A DNA stretch of 64,000 nucleotides, from NCBI GenBank assembly GCA_000004985.1, contig GG738873.1. The stretch is one strand, 5' to 3'. This document shows, piece after piece, positions 54,701 to 64,000 of the stretch (positions are counted from its first letter, which is position 1; every line of letters starts with the position of its first letter). Under the pieces are notes generated by a model that saw nothing but the letters and a program-made list of their open reading frames with translations, searched no databases and was not told where the DNA came from. Made by a program: the position numbers and the translations under genes. The stretch is from Naegleria gruberi (lineage: Eukaryota).

Positions 54701-57700
54701 TTGATATGGGATTCTAGACCATCTGACAAATTGAAACTTAATATCAAAGTGTTATTTTTGTAAACTAATTTCCAATCGGCACCACAAGCAAAATTGAATA
54801 GTGTATGAGTTTTTGAAGGAGAACCATTCATTTTGAATGTAAGAGAAACGGTAAAATTGTTAGAAAACCATCTATCGAATGGTTGATAAACTCCAAGCTT
54901 ACCAAGCACATCAGCCTGTCTTATTGAAAGGGAGATATTTGAGGAGGTAGTCACTTCAGTGCCGTACCCATCAGTAGTGTTGTCGTAAGCCACTGCAACG
55001 ATATCATTGTCAGAACCATTTCCAAACACATATTTTCCTTCGACATATATTGACGAGTTGAAAATTATTGTCTTGTACATAGGTTCCTTTGCTGATAATT
55101 TACAGTCATCACCAAAATAAGGACTGGTACAAACACATGTGTCAACATCAATGCAAGCACCATGATTGGAACAAACTTTTGCTGTGTCGTTAGCATACGC
55201 ACCAAAGCATCTTGGAATTTCGCACCAAGTACCAATCCAATCTTTCTTAAGGTTAGGGTCTGTAGCGTTTGTAGGGTTACAAATGCAATTATCAAGGGAG
55301 TCACATTTTCCATGGGCACTGCAAACTTTTATCAGATCGGTATTTAGAATGTTATTACAAAAATGATATTCACATTTTTCACCAGTGTATCCAGTCTTGC
55401 AAAGACAAGTGTGATTATTAGTGCACTCACCATGTTTACTACAAGCAACGTCGTAGGTTTCATTATGGCATTTAGGCTTAGAACAGTAAAGATCTGTCCA
55501 CAAGTCTTCGCAAGTGCAGTTATTCTTATTATGACAAGTACCGTGACCATTACAAACGAATGTACTGTTGGTGTTCATTATATTATTACAAGTAAAGTCT
55601 TGGCAATACTCTCCATAATAATCGCTAAAGCAGTCACATTTGTTGTACTCAATGCATTTACCTCCTTCATCTTTCTTTTTAAACGAACATTGCACGTTAT
55701 TATCGGAAGAAAATGGAATTCCAAAACAAACAGGACCTTCTTGGTCATAACGGCTTTGTAAACTTTGAGGACTATTCTCAATAGAGATGGTGCTATTGAT
55801 AGTCAAAGAGCTAAGTACAGCAGCATCAAACCTCAGGTTGGATATGCTTCCCATAAAGTATGATTCCCTTGTACTTGGATTATAGCCAATCGCTGACATT
55901 ATATGAATATCAATAGTACGTCTCCAAGAGTAGGTTGTATCAGTGTCCACAAAGCAAGTAGAGAACTCATTGTTAAAACAAACTGAAAGTCCGTTACTGG
56001 TAGAATCTTTAGTGACAGAAACAAAGTAGTATCTATTATATTTCAATAAGTTGCTAACCGATCTAGTTGTGTATTGATCAGTTAGAGACAGTGTAAATCC
56101 ATCAATGGATTCAGTTGCAACTAGCTGCCAGTAGCTTGGAGATCCCATGTAAATAACTGTTTGGGAAGAATTTCCATCCTTCTTTTCTTTCTTCAGCCAC
56201 AAAGTAACGGTGAAATCGTTGTGGAAGAAAACCATGTTTGAATCATGGGCAATGTCAATCTTTGATGATGATCCATCAAAGTAAATACCACTTCTATTTG
56301 AGTTTAACCCATTTGTAGTAATACAATTTTCGCACTCCAATTCTTCGTTGCAATACTTGGATTTTAGACTGTCTGTTTCTTGAACGAGATGTCCTCTTAT
56401 GAATGTCGAATAACCTTGTGTAGTCAAGTTATTGAAATCATACACTTGACTTGTGGCAACCAAGCTGCAATCATCAGCAACATATCCCTTCTTACATTCA
56501 CAATTGTCTGTATATACACAAACACCATGTCCAGAACAAACGTCGGAAGACAATGTAGAAATACCGTAACAGGTAGTGTAGTCAGCAAAATCTTGAATGG
56601 CCTGTTTATCTGAAAAGCCTCCTGCAACAAGAGCAATGAACTTGAAGAAACCATTCAAGGAAGTAGAATTAACATTGTTAAAACCGAAATAAGTTTCTGT
56701 TACCGCTACTAGACTTGTAGTTGATGACAATCTTACAGATGGTAAACCATTGATATAAATGGTAACACCTCTCTGCTTTGACTTTACAAGCGTTACAACC
56801 ACAACAGAGTTGTCAGAAGGTACAACATTATTGTCTGTTTCCACTGTTTCAATTTCAGATTTGTTACTGTTCAAATAGCCAATATATCTAATCGAATTGA
56901 GTGGAGTCTTTTCCAAGAAGAAATTTGATGAGACTATTGGCTGGGCTTGGGTAGATGTATTATCAAATGAAAGTACTATTGTAAATGAAAATTCAGTTTT
57001 GATATTGAAAGGAGAGTTTAAATAAGGTGTAAAGTAGCTATTTTCTCCGTTAAATATAGCACCCTTGTTGTTTGTTATGGTTGCATTGTTGATTATCATT
57101 TGGAAGAGACTGTCTCGGTCAATTACTACTTTGTCCTCAAGGATTGCTTTTGGGTACCCTATTGGTTGGTCAGCAAGAGCAAAAACAATTCTGTCTCCAT
57201 CTCTTAGCGAAACAGAGGAAATAGACAATTTTGGTAATGTTGAAAGTAAATTACAGAATGGTGCACAGGACAGGGTTGGTGTTGAATTTGTGCTTGAAAA
57301 GAAATCTGATGCATTATCAGTTGTACAGACACCATCAGTAGTATTGCATGTGGTCTTACTTGAATCTACTTGACAATTGGATCCAACGTAAGGAGTTTTG
57401 CATTCACATTTATCTGGAGCAGAACAATATCCTTTACCTGAGCAAACTGTTTTTTCATCTTCAGCTGAAACACCAAAACACAACGGAGTTTGGCACTCTT
57501 CACCAGTGTAATTACCATTACAGACACATACATTTCCACCAAAGCAAACTCCATTATGGCTGCACACAGAACTTTCAAGTTGGGAAATTCCAAAACATGT
57601 AAACAAACTAGTATCCACCCCAGAATAGTTGATTGGATCTATTCTGATAAGGATGAGAGATTCTAAAGTTCCGTTCAAATAAATAGGCAAGTCATTCACC

Positions 57701-60700
57701 AAGTCATAACCCACAAAGCTTTCACTTGTCAAAGAAGGATTTAAGGCTAGGAATTCTGGAACACCTCCAAAGAGTCCAAGAGGATTACCGTTTACCAGAA
57801 CAGTTGTCACGTAACTTTTAACAACATTTACATGGTACAGTAAACCAGTGTATGGAATGGCATCCTCTACGGTTAAGGTAATTGGCGATAGAGATGTTTC
57901 ACTAATTCCTTGGATAACAAGAGAAGACCCATCCAAAAAGACTTTCCAGTAGCCTCCATCTTTGAGACTTATGATTGGTTGGATTCCTCCCAAAGATTGA
58001 AGTCTAATATCAAAAGACAAACTAAAGTCATCAGAAAACAAGGTCAAAGGAGACGGATCTTCCAAAATATCGAAGATGACAGATGATTTACCAAATTGTA
58101 AATAACCATTGTTATCAAAAGAAGGATTCTCCACCATTAGGTTAACATGATAAGCTAAATCAAGCAATATTCCGTACATAGGGGCATTAATATCGAAAGA
58201 GTGTGTCAAATTCGAATTTACCACCAATGAGGTATTGTAAGAGATGAACTTGGAGTGTGGTGTATAAACCAAACGATAGTATGGATTTTCTTCCAATGTG
58301 GTTGTTTGGGTAGTCTTAATTTTTTCAATGTAAGAGTTGTCAACTTGACAGTTATTGCCGGAATACCCTACTTTACATTTACAAAAGTCTGGTTTAGTAC
58401 AAGTTCCCTTTCCAGAGCAAACATTCTTATCTTGTGATTGAACTTTGAAACATATTGGGTACTTGCAGTTAGTTCCATAATAACCAACTTTACAAGTGTT
58501 AACAGTGGTATTGACCACACTTGGCTTTGCAGTTGGGTTTGTCGATAATCCACAAAACATGGCTTCAGCGGTAGTTTTTGTATTGTTACAATCAATACCA
58601 ACCTCTATCGTTCCATTGTTAGTCTTATTCAAGTAGTTACTTGGATCATCTAGAGTACAATTAGGATTTCCTTTACATAGAGTGTTTGTAACATCAATAG
58701 AACAGTTTGCTCCAATAAATCCAGGATTACAGGCACATGTATCAGGTGCCTCACAAAGTCCTTTACCAGAACAAACTCTCTTATCATCCGAAGCAATACC
58801 AAAACAAACTGGAGTAGAGCATTTAGAGCCAGTATAATTAGAATTACAGGAACAAACATCCAAACCATAACATTTACCATGGCCATTACAAACTGATGGT
58901 TCAAGTAAAAATGTACCATCACAAGTAAATGCTCTATCAAGTATGTCAGTTGGTGATTGTGGTGTTGAAGCAACAACTATCTTACGTATTTGACCCATAA
59001 AATGTGATTCCTTTCCATCCACAAAGTTATAGCCTATTCTTGCACCCATATCTTTACCTGCCATTGTATTCTTATAGTCTCTACTGAATACAGAGGTGAA
59101 AACTTCCTTATTATTTACAACAACAGATGTACCACTTATGGACGATTTGGTGATTAATATAGAGTAGGGCACATGTTCTACCTCTATTACATATGGAATT
59201 GATATTACTTCAGGTTTTATCAACTCTTTGGTATTACCTTCAATAAACAACACACGGTCAAGCAAGTAAATGTTAAAAGCTGCAACATCAGAAACGAAAA
59301 GTATAGGACTAATTGCTTCGAAACTGTCAATTGTCAGATCTATGTAAATAACGAAATCGTTGATGAATGGGACAAACAGTTTTGAGGTTGGGATGTCCAT
59401 TTTTGCAAGTTTGGGAACAATATAGCTGGCACTATCCACGGACAAGCCTGAAATTTGAACAGTTGTTGAATTTCTAAGTTCAACTAAATTACCAGTTTCG
59501 TCTAAATAAGCTTTGTGAAGCATAAACCTGATGTACGGAATTGTATTATTGCTACTGTCAGGAAGATTAGTTTTTGTAAGGTTATTTGCGGTTAAGTTGT
59601 TGTTTGTAAAGTTACTACTTGTAACATTGTCAAATGTGAAATTGCCCCTACTATTTGTATAGTTATTATATGTGAAATTACCAATTGTAATATTATTGCT
59701 TGTAAAGTTACTAATTGTAAAGTTACTAATTGTAATGTTATCACTCGTAAGGTTACGGATTGTTAAATTAGTATATGTGAAATTACCAATTGTAATGTTA
59801 TCACTTGTAAAGTTACTATTTGTAAAGTTACCAATTGTAATATTATCACTCGTAAGGTTAGTGTTTGTAAAGTTACTGCTTGTTGAATTAGTATATGTGT
59901 AATTACCAATTGTAATATTATCACTTGTAAAGTTACTATTTGTAAAGTTACTGATCGTTAAATTAGTATATGTGTAATTACCACTTGTGGTATTCTCATA
60001 TGTAAAATTATAATAGGTAAAATTGTTGAGTGTCAAATTCGGTATTTCCGTAATTCTCATCACCTCGTTTTCTGGATAATTTGCATCATTTTGGCAATTT
60101 TGTCCCGTAATAGAATTTCTAAAACATTTACAAAAATCAGGCTTGGTACAATTACCATTTCCACTGCAAACAAGTGGATCTTCTGATTTAACACCAAAAC
60201 AAATTGGTAAAGAACAATTTGATCCATAATATCCTTCTCTGCAAGTGGTTACATTTAAGAGACCTGTTGCATTCTTCTTGGAGCAAAGATACAAATTATC
60301 ACCTGTTGGGTTTGTACAATCAATTTCAAGATCAAGAGTTCCATTAATCTTTGTATTATTACATTTACCTTCAGGATTGGTACATGTCGCCATACTAACA
60401 TTTGTTTGACACTGTGTGCCAATAAAACCAACTTTGCAAGAACATTGATTTGGTTTCTCACAATAACCATTTCCTGAACAAACCTTAGAAAAAGTGGCAG
60501 GAATATTAAAACAAACTGGAATATTGCAGATTGAACCAATGTAAGTGACATTACAGATACAATTATCATAACCAACACATTTACCATTACCACTACAAAC
60601 TTTTGGTGAGGTCATAGATATATTTGCACAGGTGAAAGATTTGTCATTCTTTGGAGGATATTGCGGATCTTCAATAGGTGGAAGATTATCATTGAGTGCA

Positions 60701-63700
60701 ATTTCAATCAAATCTAAAGTTCCTGAAAATCCAATAGTGGATCCATCATCCAAAATATCAAAACCAATGTAGCTGTCTCTATTTTGATTCAATGTATCAA
60801 TATAATCATAACTGAAAACACTATTATAACAACGTTTGTTGTTGATGTATACTTGTGTCCCCATTGATTTTGATTTCATTATGAATACATCATAAACCTG
60901 ACCTATTAACTCAATTTCATTTGGTACAGAGATTATATAAGGAAGAGGAGAATCTAAAATACTGGCCTTAATAACCAATGTCGTTCCTGTCAAATAAATA
61001 TTGAAAGAGGCACCACTTTGTATGTTCATGATAGGATTGTATGATTTAAACTCTGTTGGTGAAATTGAGAATGAAACGTAAAAGTTGTTGGTAAATAAGT
61101 AAAGAATTGAAATGACATTGTTGGTATTCAATATTATTTGAGTTCCATCTTTGAATGAAATTATGTTATCTTGATCAATTACCAAATTCTTTACAAGTAC
61201 CTTCATTTCACTTCCAAGCTCTTCAATATACATATTACCATCAATGTCTGGTTCACTTATATAAAGAGGATCAATAACAAGTCTAAAACTAGTAAGGTTT
61301 TGTTTCAATTCATTTTGTAAATTAGTAATATTTTGTAGTAATTCAATATTTACACCACAATCTAATCTTGTAAATGTTGAATTAAAACATTTACAAAAAT
61401 CAGGCTTGATACAATTACCATTTCCACTGCAAACAAGTGGATCTTCTGATTTAACACCAAAACAAATTGGTAAAGAACAATTTGATCCATAATATCCTTC
61501 TCTGCAAGTGGTTACATTTAAGAGACCTGTTGCATTCTTCTTGGAGCAAAGATACAAATTATCACCTGTTGGGTTTGTACAATCAATTTCAAGATCAAGA
61601 GGTGTATTAATAGTTGTACAGTTACCTTCAGGATCCATACATGTTGTCATAGAAAGGTCTGTTTGACATTGTGTACCAATAAAACCAACTTTGCAAGAAC
61701 ATTGATTTGGTTTCTCACAATAACCATTTCCTGAACAAACGTTAGGTAAAGTTGCCGGGACAGTAAAACAAACTGGTATGTCGCAATATTTACCAATATA
61801 AATCCCATTACATTCACACAAATCATTACCATAACATTTTCCATTGCTATTACATGCTTTTGGTGATGTCAAGTAAATACCATTACAAGAGTAAGCAAGT
61901 TGGTCGTTCACAATTGCTAATATTTGTGAGTAATTATTACTACCTATTTTGGACATTTGGATATCATCAATAGTGCCAGAAAATGTGATTTTGTTACCAT
62001 CTTTAAAATCAATACCAACATAACTATTGGCAGTTTTGTTAGAAAGTGAGGTCAAAAAGCTGTAACTGAAAACACTATTGTACTCCTCATGTCCATTAAT
62101 ATAAACTTGAGTTCCGTCTTCAAATGATTTCATAATCAAAACAGAATATTCAATGTTAGTGAATTCAATACCATTAGGAACTAGCTGTACTATTGGATAG
62201 GGGAATTCTACAGTCAAGCCTTCAATGGCTAAAGTTGTGCCCATCAAGTAAATACTGAAGCAGGCCCCACTAGTAATATTCATTATTGGATTGTAGTCTT
62301 TGAATTCAGTAACCACAATCTTGAAGGAAATGTAAAAATCATTGGTGTACGTGTATAAGGGAGAAATAGTATTGTATGTACTGATGATTAAACCACTTCC
62401 GTTTTCGAAAGAAATTGTACCATTAGAGACAACAATGTCAACAACGGTAATCTTTAAAGATCCACCCAATTCCTCTAGCACAGCAGTGTCTGTATCAACA
62501 GCGAGCAATTTTCTTCGAGTACTAAACTTTTGACTGCCAGAGCTTGGATAAGTGGTATTTTTTACAAATGTTGGGCTAACTTTTAATCTAAAACTATAGT
62601 CAGGATATTCTGTTCTCATGTTGTACTGGATTTTAATCAACTCTTTAATGTATTCGTTATCAACACCACAATCTCTTCTAGAGAACGTTGAGTTATAACA
62701 ACGACAATAATCAGGTTTTGTACAATTACCATTTCCATTGCAAACAAGTGGATCTTCTGATTTAACACCAAAACAAATTGGTAAAGAACAATTTGATCCA
62801 TAATATCCTCGTGGGCAAGGGTTACCGGGCAATAAAGGTAACGCAACAGATTTACCACCACAAAGATAAATTTCTGTATCAGTTTGTGGATTGGAACAAT
62901 CGTATTCGTTAATATATTTTCGAGTTCTAAAATACTTTGTTGGGTCATTTGCAAAACAATCACCATTTACGTCTGTGCAAGTTGTTGCACTTAGATCTGT
63001 TTGGCATTGTTCACCAGCATATCCAACCTTGCAAGCACAAAAACCTGGTTTCTCACAGTGTCCATTTCCAGAGCAAACCTGAGAACAGTCAGCGGAAATA
63101 CCAAAGCAGACTGGAATATCACAATTTGATCCTGTGAAGTTTCTGTTGCATTCACAAACGTTATTACCATAGCATTTACCATTAGAATTACAAACTTGAG
63201 GGGATGTCAAGTAAATTCCTGCACAGAAGTGTCCCTTATTCTCTCTGAGTAAATTAGCTACTTCAACCGAGGATAATCCGAGGTTGCTGCCGATTTGAAT
63301 ATCATCAATATAGCCATTTAAACTTATTTTATGGCCTTCCTTAATGTCAAATCCAATAAAACTATCAGCATTTTGTTGGGGTAAAGTAACAACAAAGTCA
63401 TAGCTAAATGGAGTAGAATACCTCAATACCCCATTAACAAATACTTGAGTACCTGTGCTAGTTGATTTGGTTATTAATATTGAATATATCTGATTTTCAA
63501 CTTCAACTTCTCCATGAACAGAAATAATGAACGGGGAAAGTTCAATTGTATGGCCTTCAAAAACCAATGTGGTTCCAATTAGATATATGCTAAATGAAGC
63601 CCCACTAGTAATGTTCATGATAGGATTGTAATCAGTAAATTCTTCAATTATCAATTTGAAAGATATATAGTAGTCATTAGTAAATAGATATAAAGGGGTA

Positions 63701-64000
63701 ATGTTTGTCTTTGTGTGCATTATGACCTCAGTACCATTACGGAAAGAAATTGAATTATTATTCAAAACAAGGTTATTGATTTGGATAGTCATATTACCGC
63801 CCAGTTCTTGCAAATATTTCTTGTCAGCAGTAGTGAACATAAAGTCCGAACTAAGTTTAAGTCTGAAAGAATAGTTGGTATCGTTGGCCTTCAAAAGTTG
63901 TTGAATAGTGTATAATTCTTGTAAAAAGGTAGCATTATTACCACAGTTTTGTCCGCTTATGGAGGATTCAAAACATTTGCAAAAATCAGGCTTAGTACAA
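48788..64000 (-). CDS. Giant type I membrane glycoprotein of more than 5000 aa. Its 5' end lies beyond the window edge and an assembly gap falls inside it. It consists of alternating blocks of Dictyostelium-type EGF-like modules and ConA/LamG-like beta-sandwich modules of about 270 aa, a roughly 1200-aa run of almost pure EGF-like modules, an N-x-T sequon array, a TM helix, and a cytoplasmic tail conserved with gene 17928-27473
   Basis: The ORF 49519-63894 is open to the window edge (upstream reads 'CTKPDFCKCFESSISGQNCGNNATFLQELYTIQQLLKANDTNYSF...'). The ORF 48788-49453 is open upstream into the gap ('...LYSEVTWVHSFETKNISTRCDFKEGENMKLDMKV...'). TM 'ILAGAISGAVAIILIVTVLVFVVAGIWYY' and tail 'RRKKMRSSKYSVYDYAHNRDDLQDAMNDLFDKMNSSDD...TTTN..EFDDDDADPNVMVNSYAVWN'. 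EGF modules such as 'CSGNGKCYGNDLCECNGIYIGKYCDIPVCF'; beta-sandwich repeats such as 'YNPIMNI(T/Q)SGA.FSIYL.GTTL..EG...'. Confidence 0.75.
49536..51157. other. Assembly gap (run of N) inside the giant gene
   Basis: 1622 consecutive n characters. Confidence 0.99.
52900..53980. repeat. Intragenic tandem duplication with a period of 540 bp (two copies; about 180 aa of EGF-like modules each), including a core of about 240 bp that is essentially identical
   Basis: 53048-53264 is identical to 53588-53804 ('tttgcataatcacaggaaccgcgattggaacaatcagtaatattgttgacaatacaagtccag...'). The protein block 'CGRIGKCIAPDVCEYYHCFGVESNETDVCSSRGKCIGNNTCECETNYFGNNCQNWTCIVNNITDCSNRGSCDYANHC' occurs twice. Confidence 0.85.
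59550..60060. repeat. Coding microsatellite-like array (9-15 bp units, 'aattgtaaagttact' type) encoding about 45 consecutive N-x-T/S sequons (about 150 aa of almost pure NFT/NYT/NLT/NIT triplets)
   Basis: Translation 'NYTYTNLTISNFTNSNFTSDNITIGNYTYTNSTSSNFTNTNLTSDNITIGNFTNSNFTSDNITIGNFTYTNLTIRNLTSDNITISNFTISNFTSNNITIGNFTYNNYTNSRGNFTFDNVTSSNFTNNNLTANNLTKTNL'. Confidence 0.85.
60060..64000. repeat. Intragenic tandem array of units of about 1.26-1.3 kb (at least three copies plus the start of a fourth at the window edge), each encoding one EGF cluster plus one ConA-like beta-sandwich module. Blocks of about 200 bp are near-identical between copies
   Basis: 'acatttacaaaaatcaggcttggtacaattaccatttccactgcaaacaagtggatcttctgatttaacaccaaaacaaattggtaaagaacaatttgatccataatatcc' recurs at about 60125, 61385 and 62700 (variant). 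'gcaaaaatcaggcttagtacaa' at 63979 begins another copy. Confidence 0.8.

Overview
This window is a chromosome-end region of an AT-rich eukaryote, most likely an amoebozoan related to dictyostelid social amoebae. It begins with a (CCCAAA)n telomere tract (G-strand TTTGGG). The 5S rRNA gene at 28962-29080 closely resembles Dictyostelium 5S. Gene structures have Asn/Ser/Thr-rich proteins, A-rich start contexts and very short GT..AG introns (about 42-80 nt). Long ORFs end on TAA/TAG, so the genetic code is standard; this is neither a prokaryote nor a ciliate. There are two assembly gaps (986-3123 and 49536-51157).

The main structural feature is a diverged inverted repeat of about 1.75 kb per arm (3283-5060 and 27900-29577). 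Each arm carries a 5S rRNA locus and a gene for a signal-peptide-bearing, extremely basic repetitive peptide. The left 5S copy is internally deleted and the left peptide gene is truncated beside an interstitial telomere-like tract. The arms bracket a roughly 23 kb cassette of secreted and surface protein genes:
- a divergent pair of secreted RCC1-like propeller paralogs;
- two coiled-coil proteins with a fibrinogen-like 'VYCDM..GGW' motif;
- a GPI-anchored protein;
- a DOPA-dioxygenase-like gene and a GNAT acetyltransferase gene;
- a 3180-aa type I glycoprotein with EGF-like repeats and about 900 aa of N-glycosylation sequons.

Downstream are a tRNA-Leu(CAA) and a run of signalling-type genes: RhoGAP, a double KCTD-type BTB protein with a nucleotidyltransferase-like tail, a TLDc gene broken by a homopolymer frameshift, a cyclase-homology pseudoenzyme, a beta-helix membrane protein and a DEP-RGS protein. 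The window ends with a second giant surface gene of more than 5000 aa that runs off the window edge. It consists of EGF-like modules alternating with ConA/LamG-like modules, shares a conserved cytoplasmic tail with the first giant gene, and carries several near-identical intragenic tandem DNA repeats plus an 'N-x-T' sequon microsatellite. No CRISPR arrays, prokaryotic operons or clear transposons were seen.
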